NCBI RefSeq assembly: GCF_037042905.1
Contig: NC_087260.1
Location: forward strand, 3,596,001 to 3,660,000
Length of the DNA stretch: 64,000 bases
Direction of reading: 5' to 3'
From: Lytechinus pictus
Lineage: Eukaryota
This document shows, piece by piece, positions 1-12,316 of the stretch. Below the pieces are notes generated by a model, which did not search any database, was not told where the DNA came from, and saw only the letters and a list, made by a program, of their open reading frames with translations. A program made the translations under genes and the position numbers. Numbering within the stretch: the stretch's first letter is position 1; every line of letters begins with the position of its first letter.

Positions 1-494
1 TTATTTTCATGCTCTGAATTTTAACAGTCAAAGATTTGGGTCAAACCAGTTTGTACATTGTACATATATGAGTGTTTTGGAAGGCAACCTGCTACATGTA
101 TACATAGAACAGCAAGAACAATTTTGGAGACAGTACACGTATGTGTACACTATGCATAGTTTACATGTACATCAATATGTCTTCCAATTTATATAGAATT
201 TGGGCATTCTAATGTTCTGAAGAATGGGAAGGAAAAGGAAGTTGTAATGATCACATGATCTGGAGGCAGCCTGAAGTAAGACTACCGTCTAAGAGTTCCC
301 TAGACTGCTTGTGGTGAATGAGACAGGAAAGAACCAATTTTCCTATTCTGCATGTTGATGGAAGTGTACATAGCTTTGTAATAGATCGAATGCAGTTTTA
401 CAGAGTAATAATAAACCAATCAACCATTTTCGTAATAATGTGATTTAGATTAAGTTCATTTACAAGTGCCTGGATTCTTTAGAGTACTTTATAG

Positions 495-1062
495 TTAAAG
501 GTCAAGTCTACCCAAGAATAATGCTGATTTGAATAACTGAAATATATATCAAACTAGCATAACGCTGAAAATTTCATCAAAATTGGATGTAAAATAAGAA
601 AGTTATGACATTTGAAAGTTTTGCTTATTTTCACAAAACAGTGTGATATGCACTACTCAGTGACATGCAAATTATACAATTTCATTTTTTATAGATTTGG
701 CAATAAGGACCAACTTGAGTGAACCATATACATGTACATACTAGTAAATAATGCTAAGTAATTCCACATGTTCAGGGAGGAATTAAACGTTAATTTACTT
801 GGCAATGAGGACAAAATTTAGAATATTTCATGTACTAAAATACAAAAGAAGTAGTGAGTGGATGATGTCATCAGTCTCCTCATTTGCATACTGACCAGGA
901 TGTGCATATACCTGTGTTTTGTGAAATAAAGTGAAACTTTAAAATGTTGTAACTTTCTTGTTTTATATCTGATTTTGATGAAATTTTCAGTGTTATGCTT
1001 GTTGGATTTTTCTCTTTTTATTCAAATCAACTTTTCGTTGGACCCGTGGACTTGTCCTTTAA
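495..1062. mobile_element. Kolobok/T2-type fold-back MITE, family A
   Basis: TTAA-AGGTCAAGTC...GACTTGTCCT-TTAA; long imperfect inverted arms; five copies in the window. Confidence 0.88.
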
Positions 1063-1919
1063 ATTGTATTATTCCGTCCTGTACACATGTCCTAGTTGTA
1101 CATTATGTACACCTGCACTTCTTTCTTTTGGAGCGGTAAAACGTTTTGAAAGAGTTTTTCCGGGCAAGTGAAATATGTTTTCGGGCAAGTATTTTCCAAC
1201 TACTTAGGAATTCACTTGCCCGACCAGGCAAGTGCTTCAATAAGTTACGTAGCACCCTGTGTACATGTATATGTAGAATGGACTTGTATTTCACTCATTT
1301 CATGATGTTTTGTTGGTATGTACATATATGTACACTGTACAGTGAAACCTGTGTATAAAGACCATCAAAGGAATACAGGAAAATATTGAGGCTGATGATT
1401 GTAGCCCCAAATGTCCACATCTGACAGTCAGTCAGTCCGCAAGCCCCTGTGTTAATGAGCAAATGAGCAAGATTTATCCAAGTCCTCTCGTGGCTGAATT
1501 CATGTCCCTGCAAAATCTCGTGAATTGTGAGACTTTCTTTCTCAAAGAATTTAACCACTTTCTCCTTGAGTAATATTGATTATTTTTGTACCATGGGCAA
1601 GAGTAAATGTTACCCTTTTATATTGGTCATTTCTTTTGAATGAAATATTTTGATAAATAAGTGAATTTTTTACCTGAAAAGATGCATCAAACAGAATTTT
1701 CTTCCTCTGTTTTCACTTGCAAATTGTGCAACATTTTGTGTTTTAGGCACCAACATTATTTACTTCATCAGAAAGCTCAAACTCTATACTTTCTTACAAT
1801 GTCACTCTTGATATGTGGCATCTTTTAGATGGGTCAGCAGCCAGTTATTTCCATCAAGATGCAAGACGAGATTTCTGAAATTTTGTAGATATGATCATTA
1901 TCGATTACAATGCCATTGC

Positions 1920-2440
1920 AAACGCAGCTTCTCCGATTGGAATGTGTTGATCGGGAATGTCGGAACAGTAGACAAACAACCTCCACTCAACTGTTATTAT
2001 ACTGGTAAAATTCACATTCCAAAGAATATGAAATCTTTTTCCCTTTTTTCTGAAAAGTGGTTAAATCTGGTTAATCAATTACTTTAAAAAGATAAAATAT
2101 CAGTCCATTCTTGGTCCCGAAAGATCGACACTCGAGTGACTTCAAACATATTTCCAACACGAAAATGAGTACATGGGACTGTACTGTGTATTTTAGTGTT
2201 ATGAAATCACTCGGCGTTGATCGTCAGAACCAAGAAGGAACTGAAAATTTATCATTTCATTTTCAGTAAATGACCAGATTAAACCACTTTTTAGAAAATA
2301 TTGACAATGGAAAAACATTTCAAATTCGGAATATGAATTTTACCAGCGTAATAGCAACTGAGAGCAGGTTGTTTGGACGTCCTGTTTCAACTTTCCTTAT
2401 CAACCATTTCCGGTACACGATCAGGGAACATGCGTTGACT
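1920..2440. mobile_element. Old fold-back (palindromic) element
   Basis: Arms pair imperfectly, e.g. AAAAGTGGTTAAATCTGGT / ACCAGATTAAACCACTTTT and CTGGTAAAATTCA / TGAATTTTACCAG. Confidence 0.7.
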
Positions 2441-2529
2441 TGCTTTGAATTTTTATCTTTTCTGTTTTTTCTAACCTCATTACTTCATCTCTTATTTATT
2501 TATCTTTAATATTATTTTAGAAGGTGAAA

Positions 2530-3273
2530 TATACATACTTTACCATTACTTTGTCAGTCACAAGGAATGAATTTATGTCATTTTTTTCCTATTATTAAAT
2601 ACAAAACAATTACATGGACGCCCGATCACAATCATGATCGATTACACTTATACGTAATTCAACTACACTTTTTAACCGAGTTTAGCTTAAAATGTCCCCA
2701 CATTTTATGAGAAAAAAAATAAATTCATGGTAATAAAAAAAATGAGACTGATAAAAATTCAATCAAAGACGAGACCGAAGCTATCATACTTTGTCATTTA
2801 CGAGGAATGAATTTATGTCTTGTCCTTTTTCTTAATTAAATAGAAAACAATTAGGTCCGATTACGATCACGATCGATTACGGCAATACGTAATTCAACCA
2901 CACTTTTATACCGAGTTTAGCTTCAAATGTCTCCTCATTTAATGAAGAAAAAATATATTCATGTTAATAAAATATTCTTAAGTTGATAACAATTCAATCA
3001 AAGACAAGATGTGAGCTTAAATGGTGGATTAAAAAAATATTTTGTGTGGAATTCTTATTGTGCACAATCACTAACCAATATTTTTTTTCATTTTATATTT
3101 AAATATATGTAGTCCCCGCTTTTATTCATATTACGTAGTGAATAAATGTGCCGAATTTTTTTTTTTTACCGAACCACCGAACCAGGCCTTTGTGTTCGGT
3201 TCGGTTCGGTCCGGTTCGGAAGTGCCAAGTTCGGCGAACTTCCGTTCGGTTCGGCAGTTCGGCTACAGCACTA
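2530..3273. mobile_element. Right part of a hAT-like element with two ~240-bp tandem units
   Basis: Clustered GTTCGG/CCGAAC motifs ending in CAGCACTA; duplicated units at ~2530-2780 and ~2785-3015. That both belong to one element is inferred. Confidence 0.55.
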
Positions 3274-3333
3274 TGTTGAGGATCTTGTGTAATTTCCCCA
3301 TTCACCAACACCAACCCCCAGAGATTGGGAAAA

Positions 3334-3704
3334 ATTGTGATTTCTAGTTCGGTGTTGGTGTTGGCAATCTCAAGCTCGCGAACAGGTGGCGAACACGATG
3401 AAACATATGCTTTTACAGTTAGATGTGTACAAATCATTTAAGCTTTATAAGTTTTGATGAAGAATAATGTTTACTCTTTCGAATTCTTGAATTGATTATT
3501 GGTATTATGTACATGTACGATCTAATGCATTTCTCTCCGATTTCATTTTCATCGTCGAATCTTGAGACTTGAGATGATTTCACAGCGCAGAGGTGTGACG
3601 TCATGTGCTATCGGTAACGCAATTGGTATCGTTCCTCTGAACCCAGCTCGGTTCAGCGGCCTTTACACTGTCAACACCGAACACCGAACTTGAAATCACC
3701 CAAT
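3334..3704. mobile_element. MITE with ~30-bp TIRs
   Basis: GTGATTTCTAGTTCGGTGTTGGTGTTGGCA / TGTCAACACCGAACACCGAACTTGAAATCAC. Confidence 0.7.
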
Positions 3705-6700
3705 GTACACACTACACAGTAACATTTTTACAGCCAGGGCAATAGTATTATCATGTTAACTTGTTCAGAACAGTTATCGAAAATGAAATGTCTACCCTGG
3801 GTAAAATATTTTAGTAACAACCACCTCCTGATCATCATATAAAAAACTAGTCAAAAAGAGGATTTATAAAATTGATGATACTTTGAAACAGAGGAACATT
3901 CCTCTAGATGCTTTTTGTGTTTATTCATATCTATACCTGTACAAAGAAGGCAAGCTAGCCATATTTTGCAATCACCATCTTTTGCAATATGAGCACACCA
4001 TAACGCATGATGTGTGAGAAAAGCAGGTGCATTGGGGTTACCCACATCTTTGTGTGTAGTACATGTATGTCAGTTTATTCTGGTATACCTTGTGGCCCTC
4101 TAATAAATCGACCTCGTCCAACGAAGCAATTTGGATATAACGAGCAGTGGTAATCATGGATTAATGAGATGTTTTTCTCCGTTTCTCTCATCACTCATCT
4201 TTCATTTTGCTTTTCTGTCATTTCAGTTTCGTAATAGGTCTCTTTTTTGTTTGGTTGTATTTCTGTCCTTATTCTGTTTCTTCCTCTATTTTACCGTCCT
4301 ATCTCTCTCACCATCTTACGGCCTTATTCTGACTATGCATCATTCCCTCAATATCTGTATTTATTATGTGTTTTTTTGTGTGTGTAATTCTCTGTCTTGG
4401 TCTCTCTTGTTATTTTGTTTTTGTTCTTTCTGTATTTCCCTGATCTACATGTATTAAAAGTAGATAATTACATGTAGGTATTTATTTCCAAATCAATTCA
4501 AACATTTAACAAAATTAAATGAAAATTTTTGATAAAATCCTCCACAAATTGTTTACAATTTTAATTTTTGATAAATTACTTTTCTCTTCCTACCACCCCC
4601 CCCCTCCTGTGTATTCCTTTCTTATGCAATGTCAAAAACAGTCTTTTTCTATTACTTTCTCTTTCCATTCCTCCTTTCCCATTCTGCCTCTCTGACTTTT
4701 CTTTCTTCAGCTCTTTCCCACCCCACCCCTTCCTCCCCTCCCATTCCCCTCCTCCCCCTGTCTGTATAAGAAAAACAAAATTCAGCAACACATTATCTTT
4801 ATGTATTCAATCAGTTGTATAAATTTTCTCTATGAATAATATGTAAATTGCATTGATGCAAACTCCTTTGATATATACGTCAAAAAATCTAAATTCAGAA
4901 GAAAAAAAATCAACTCCATGTTGTAGATACCTTTAAATTTACAAGCACTTGTGTAATTCTCTATGGGATTGAATTATGCATTCACATCTTCGTTAGATGA
5001 CCATTCCTTGAGGCGGTCAACCATATACAATCCCTCCTGCACAGCATGTGAGTTTTCCACCCAGCCTGGTTGACGCCCTGTTCTCACTAGCCCAAATTGT
5101 CCAGCTATTCCTGATCAGGGCCCTGTCTCACGTAGTGTTGCGATTGATCCTATCTGTCACAGAAAGCCTGCAACCCCGTCTGTTCGAAGCGTTGTGCATG
5201 CATGCATCATTGTCTTAATAAGGATTTGGTGTGGTTGAATGAGACATTGTGCAAATTTCATAGATTAAAAAAATTCAGACATTTCTGGCTTTCCATAGTT
5301 CAGATTGATCGGATCAATCACAACTCTTTTAAAGACAAGACCTAAACTTATGTTGGTTCCATTTTCATGAATTTGCACTCAAGCATAAAATTTTCCCTTT
5401 TCGACATAAACATGTTTGTACAAAAAAATGAAAGAGTGATAAATTGTGGAAATTTATTTCAGTAATTACAATCCTTCAGCAAACTTATGAAACACTTTGA
5501 AGAAGAAATATATAGCATATTTAATACAGCATTCTGATCAGATATACTGTACATGTACAGTATTTTCTCAGGGAGCTGTGGTAAGGCTAGAATCTAGAGA
5601 TTGAGGAAACTGGGGCTAATGAGGAATCGCCTCATATGGCCTGCTTCTCATGAGATGGATAGTTGTTTACTGTTCTTACCATCCCTATAGTGGTGTGTGC
5701 TTCTAATGGGGGCAGTCAGGCAAACGTAAGGTGTGTTTCTACATCTACCTCCATACACATCAACTGATGGTCAGTCTGACTCAGCCATATGAATACATTT
5801 AAAAGTGAATAATGGAAACAGTTGCGGAGGAAATCATAAAACTAGATTCATTCATTCAAATTCAAATTGTTTTATTCTTTCAGTAAAACCTTACATAAAA
5901 ACAAATATGATACAAAGTTATCAAAAATACATGTATTACAAATCGATGTACAAGTTTTGAATTGCATTACGATACAGAGTCATGCTGAGGGGTAGTGGAA
6001 AAAAAAAGAATTCCTTTAAATACAAATACAATGTATGCAACATTGTTGTGTCAGGATTTACATGTAGTTTTACCTTGTCAAAAGTCAAAGACACGCCTTT
6101 CCATAGGAATCCTGTAAAGCTGCCTTCTAATTCTAATTGAAACATCATATTTATAGGGAATGCGATCCCGAAAGCCACTATGAAAAGACGCACGTACATG
6201 TTTATGTAGTGCTGTCATAGTCGAATTCGTGCAATTAAATGATACATATAAACGACACAGACTTTTGACATAGCACCTTAAAACTGTACGTGTACATGTA
6301 GACACTAATATCACACATTTTTTGACATACATGTATCTTTAAAGATGATAATTGTATGGAAAGGCTTTTCTTCATGGGATACCAGAAATATTCCAGTCTT
6401 CAGGGTTGATATTTCTCATATGCCATTCCTGATCCTGAGCCATTCGATAGAATAACTATTGACCCACTCCCCATCTTCTGCTTGATTGAAGGCCTATGAG
6501 TAATGATGAAGATGAGAAAGCAAGGTCTTATTCTTACCTTTAATTGTATTCCGTGAGTCAGTGGCTAACTGATGCATGCAAGGCTGATGTGTTCAAGCAT
6601 CAATTTTGAATTATGTTTTCCTTTCAGATGTTTATTTTATAACATCCCTTTCTTGAAGTTGAATTCACCCTCAAATAGTCCGAATGGGTGCAGCTCAAAA

Positions 6701-9700
6701 CAATGAAGTTCTGCAATGAATGCAATGAAATTTGTGTAATGTATGAATTCATAAATAGTCCACAAAAGTGTGATTCTAGTATCATTCTAGCTTTAGAAAA
6801 TTATTTGAAAGCGGCATTCATTGGCTACTAACTGCTGCATGCAGACCTTAAACTCGCCTACATATCAATCAATGCCTGCCAGCCAACATCACAAATTGAT
6901 TGCGAATTCTGGGAATTAGAAATAACGATACCCTCGGGTATCCCAAATTATCAAAATGTGTGTTGATTACATTATGCCACATTTGTCATGCTAGAATAAA
7001 TGAAGTGATAAAGTAGGTAAGTAATTATCCATAAGTACATACACCAGGGTATAAAATTATTTTGAGTTTTTAGGGGCAATCCTTTTTTTTTCACATTGGG
7101 GTGTCGGTGATTGTGGAATTTTGGGGGCTATTTCTTTCATTTTAAATTCAAAGATTACTTTTTTGGGTGGTTAACCAGCAGTTTATTATGCAGTAAAAGC
7201 AATACCATTATTCTGCCTTCGTTTAGATTTCTAAATATTTAATCTTGAATATTGATTGTGACAGATCTTTGGCGGATGCTAGAAGGAATGGTCGCCCCAA
7301 AGCATGCCTTTTGAGGGAATTATTTGTAAGGGTGAATTGGTCTGTCATGACAGCCAAATCACCCATTGCCCTCCTTTCCTACACTGTAGATGTTCATATT
7401 CCCTTTGCTTTACCTATGATCCAAATCATGTTATTGACAGGCAAATGACAGCTCATGATATTTGTCCTAAGAACCAGATTCATTCTAACATAACATTGAC
7501 CTACATGTAGCTGCTAATGGTTCCATGACATTTGCTGACATTGACAATTGCTCCGCTGTAAATTCCACACACTAAATAGAATGACCAACTTCAATCCTGG
7601 ATTTACTATACCTAACCCTCAACCTACATGTAGCATATTAAAACCCTATTGCAATCCTAACCCTAACCCCATATCTTGGATGATATAAAGCCAGGAGCAA
7701 TTGTCATGTCACCCTGCTAACACCAGGAGCAAAAGGTCAACACCAAAGTTGCAAACACTCAATACCCTTTTCTAATCTATAGGGAAAACATTCATTAACC
7801 CTGTACTATTGGTGGGGCTAATAAATAGCGATTTAGCCCCAACTATAGTTTGGGGTATATTCAAGGAAAAACTTATAAACATTTGAAATCAAGAACAACT
7901 AGGAGAGCAGTGATTGTTATTCCTTTATTTACCCATGGACCTACTATAGGTCCATGATTTACCTTAGTGGCTGCTGAAGGCATAATGTTTCCACGTTTCT
8001 TTAATGATTTTGTTTGATTTTTTTCTGCTCTGAACTGTCCATCCGTAAACCTGTATAAAAGCCATACATATTTCACGGTAGCGTTCTAGCTGGGTAATTT
8101 GGTTAATAGCATTTTGAAAGTGCAGTGAGAGTAGTCCTGAGGCTTCAAACTGTAGAGGTTTTTCACACAGGTTATTAATTTCATTCTGACAAATTTTATA
8201 TACATACAGTTTGTATTGTGAAACCATTTACTGTGTATAGGCCGTACCTTTATGATAAATGACTCCTGTTATGTTATCAATTTCTACATCCTTGGTTTTG
8301 TCAGAGATCCATTTTGGGAATTTGAGAATGATTTTGATCATGAACTTTATAAAGGAATGTTCAAAATTTGTCTGATCTTGAGACCAGGGGCGTTTCACAG
8401 ACTTTTTTTTTTTTTTTTTTTTTGGGGGGGGGGGGGGTGTCTGGACAGGCTTAACAACCATGTGAAAGCTCCCAAGATTTGTAATAGTGTGTGATGCAAT
8501 GGAAGGTCATGGACCATACTCCTGTACCTCAAATCCAATGAATATGATATTGGTCATCCTTCTAAGCCTCTTCCCTATTATTATTAAATACCATAATGGT
8601 AGGGGTCATTTACATTATTTCAATATTCAAGTATATGATCAAACCGTGGTACAGTTTACCATCCTAGCAGGGGTCATTTACATTATTACAGTACTTCATG
8701 TATGAGGTCCGAGAAATGTGATGGCCATTTGGTTTAAAAGATTGTGTGAAAGCTCCCAAGGTGTGTTTGATGGTGAGCCATTTGGTTTAAAAGACAGTGT
8801 CAGTGCTCCAAGGTGTTTTTTATTGTGTATTAATGGTCATTTGGTGAAAGCTCCGAAGGTGTGCTTGATGGTGCGTATACATGTATTGGCCATTTGGTTA
8901 AATAAAAGATCGTGTGAAAACTCCCAAGGTGTTTTGATGGTGTGTACTTGAGAGTGATACGATGAACCCATCTCCGTGAACCTTATAATCCAATGAACAT
9001 GATATCGGTCATCCTTTTAAAGCTCTTCCATATATTATCAACTTACTCTGTACCATCGTGCTCAGCGTCATTTACACTACTGGATTACAGTATTCATGTA
9101 CATGTACATGTAATACTGTATGGTCAATTCAAAATGTATGTATACCAGAAAGCATAATTGATGTTTGTGTAGTTGAGAGTGAATGCATAGATCCTATAAA
9201 TGTGAGTGAATCATATACCGTATATTATCCAATTATTTAGATATTGGTCATCCTTTATTGAGCCTGTTCCATATTATCAACTTTATACTTTGTACATGTA
9301 CCTAGTAATATGTATTATGCTCTCTACCAATATAGCAGGGTCATTTACACCAATATTCATGTACATGTAATACTGTTTATGGTCAAATTGAAATTTACAT
9401 GTACATGTACATGTATGTACAATGTACTATTGGCTATGAACATTGATTTGACTTTTAAAATATCTGAGCTGCGAGGTCACACTGTGTCTGTGATATGTTT
9501 AAAAAATGAAGCCCAGAAAACATCGCGTCTGAAAATCATAATTTAGTGCTACAAAAAAGTGAAATATAAAGTGACCAGAAACACCATCTTAATTTCATCA
9601 CGTACAATATGTGATCGATTAATATAGGCACGATAGAAAGCTTCGATTATAACGTATCAAAAGCATTTCTTTTGATTTTTTTTGTTGATTTAAGAGTTTT

Positions 9701-9917
9701 TAGGTTGATAGAAAGGCATCGATGTACATGTGCAATAATTACGCCTCTTCTTTGTTTGTTTTTTTAATTGCAGTATTATAACGTTAACTTAACATGCCTC
9801 TAAACATATGTGAAAGCATGATTGGTGTTTGTGTAGGTGAGAGTGAATAATATGAGTAAACCTAATAATCCAGTGAAATTGATAATGATATTGGTCATCT
9901 GTTAAAGCTCTTCCACT

Positions 9918-10509
9918 TTAAAGGAGAATGAAACCCTTGAAACCAGCTGAATCCATATCAAAGAGAAAAATCAAAGAAACATATTGTTGAAAGTTTGAGG
10001 AAGATTGAATGAATAGTAAGAAAGTTATGAGCATTTGAATATTGAGATCACTAATGCCATGTAGATCCTCCCATTGGCAATGCGACCAAGATCTGTGATG
10101 TCACACACGTACAACTCCCTCATTACTTTAGTACTTATTTCACTTATATTCTCACTTTTATAGAATCTTTCACAAGGTGAGGTGTTCTCTTTATGAGAGG
10201 ACAAGTACAGAGGTTTCACAACATTATATCATTGATGAATCGTTTGTCATATGATTAGAATGAGCAAAAAGAGATGTTTTGGGGTATATTTTCAGTGTCC
10301 AAAAGGGGAGAGTTGTTCATCTGTGATATCATAGATCTTGGTTGCGTTGCCAATGGGAGGATCTCCATAGCATTAGTGATCTCGACATTCAAATGCTCAT
10401 AACTCTTCTATTGCTAGTCCTATTTTACTCAAACTTTTGTTGATCTTATTCTTTGATTTTTCTGCTTTCACAAAAGCTAACTTGCTCCAAGAGTTTCATT
10501 CTCCTTTAT
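9918..10509. mobile_element. Kolobok/T2-type MITE, family C
   Basis: TTAA-AGGAGAATGAAAC...GTTTCATTCTCCT-TTAT; near-identical reverse complement of 48835-49413. Confidence 0.9.
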
Positions 10510-10626
10510 AATACTCTGTACCATAGCATAGCAGGGTTATTATTACAGTACTCCAGTATTCATGCAATACTATAAATGTATTAATCATTTAATGTGAAAG
10601 CATGATTGATGTTTGTGTAGTTGAGA

Positions 10627-11126
10627 CCTGGGGGGGGGGGGTACTCGACCAAAAAAGTGGTAGGTATGTGCCGCGGGCGAGACAACAAACAGGGGCTTTG
10701 GAGCGGGCTTATTGTTAAAAGGAGGGTCCTTGGAACGGGCTTTGGAGCTTATGAAAACGGGGGTCCTTGGAATGGGTTGCCTGTGTGTCAGTGCGTATGC
10801 ATCCCTATGGAATGGGCATACGTGCATGTAGCTCGCGATGGTCGGCCAGTGCTCTGTGGCCGCTTTTCACCCAAATCGCAGCTCATTGTACGTAGCGGAT
10901 CAATGCGGCCGGAACAAAATTATGCGAAGCTTTGGAACAGATTTCTTTCATTTTTTTTCTCGATAAGAAGAAAATGCTATGCTTTGGAGCGGCTTTCTTT
11001 GTTCTTTTTCTCAAAAAAATAAAAATGCTATGCCTTGGAATGGAAATTTGAGTGTAAAAATGGGGGTCCCCTCCGCAGCACATACCCACCACGCATTATA
11101 TACTAAGTGCCCCCCCCCCCCCCGGG
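10627..11126. mobile_element. Non-autonomous DNA element with CCYGGG-polyG termini (Mutator-like, tentative)
   Basis: 8-bp TSD AGTTGAGA (10619-10626, 11127-11134); TIRs polyG-TACTC...GTAGGTATGTG / CACATACCCAC...AGTG-polyC. Confidence 0.85.
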
Positions 11127-12202
11127 AGTTGAGAGTGAAGTGAATGTACATATACCTTTAATATGAGTGTACTTAATAATTAAAAAAACAGGGTTTCGGT
11201 CATTCTTCTTTAATAGCCTCTTCCGTATTATCAGATCACCAGCAAAGCCAGTGGTCATTCACCCTATACATGTACTGTAGGTCAAACCAAAAGAGAAATT
11301 TGCTAAAGCTCTTTTTATTAAGGTGGTAATTTACCCTAATATATTGTAATGTAATTTAAAATCATATATTAACCGCCATACAGACTTGAGCAGAAACTTT
11401 GCAGAAATACTCTACTTTATTACAAGAGGAATTTATCTGTGTTGACAATTAAGATTCAATTTTCCCTTCTAAATGTAAGGGGCACACATATTTTAATGTA
11501 CAAGTATAAACAGGACAAAATACCCTTACCCCTCCCTAGTTTAAAATCTAACCGAGAGCAAAATATCTATAATCTTTAGTATGATTAGTAAAAATTTTCA
11601 ACCATCATGCAAGATGGCTATAAGTTAACACCCTACATACAGAGGAAGGAAAAAGATATGCTGTCACCAGCCTTAAATCCTGCGGGCATGTGAATGACTA
11701 AATTGAAATGTGAAGAGGTTTGATGTCGGAGAGGTGTGCCATACATATACATTATACAATAAACCTACAGGAGTGAGCAAGGTTGATGCATGTGCCCTCT
11801 TGTCGTGCCTGAAGGAGCACGGCGCTAACCCGAACGGGGCGGCAGAGGAAAACGAGACAGGTGCCCTGAAGCTGCTGGAGACGATGTCCGATGAAGGCAT
11901 AGAGAGAGCTCTCAGAATTATCTTGAGCATCATTGGTGGCTTTGAAATGAGTGGCAGTGAAGCGAGCTGGAATCTTGTTGCATAAAACTTTAATAGCTTT
12001 CATGCCAACTTCACCATCAGTGGCATAACAACAAATCAAAATCAAAGTTTCTGTGGAAGTTGCATTCGATCGCAATCTTACCATTAATTGGGAGTTTTTA
12101 TGCAACAAGAGCCAGGGTAGCTGGACTCCTGCCGGAGTAGTTCACTGACATATTTGGTGAACATGCGGGGGGGACAAATTACACAGAGGGAGGGGCTATT
12201 GC

Positions 12203-12316
12203 CAGTGGCGGACCGTGACCCGGAGGAGACAAAGCATTAGAGGGGCACAGCATTGTTTACAAACAATACAGTGCCCCTCCAATGCTTTGTCTCCTCCGGG
12301 TCACGGTCCGCCACTG
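12203..12316. mobile_element. 114-bp hAT-type MITE
   Basis: CAGTGGCGGACC...GGTCCGCCACTG, near-perfect hairpin; 8-bp TSD GCTATTGC (12195-12202, 12317-12324). Confidence 0.93.

Larger units (their letters stand above)
8530..11290. repeat. Degenerate ~240-bp tandem array broken by three transposons, with a ~55-bp sub-array at 8718-8945
   Basis: ATATTGGTCATCCT..AAGC(C)TCTTCC recurs at ~8547, 9003, 9241, 9888 and 11197; GTGTAGTTGAGAGTGA recurs. Confidence 0.8.

Noticed and set aside
5845-6450. Second LINE on the minus strand
   Set aside because: An AATAAA plus (TTGAA)n-like tail is suggestive, but I could read no RT-related frame, so it is not called.
7519-7713. Interstitial telomeric (CCCTAA) repeats
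   Set aside because: Only a few degenerate units, within what appears to be a small TIR element (GGTTCCATGACA / TGTCATGTCACC).
10025-10219. 64-aa ORF duplicated at 49112-49306
   Set aside because: Both lie inside family C MITEs; the identity reflects repeat copies, not a gene.
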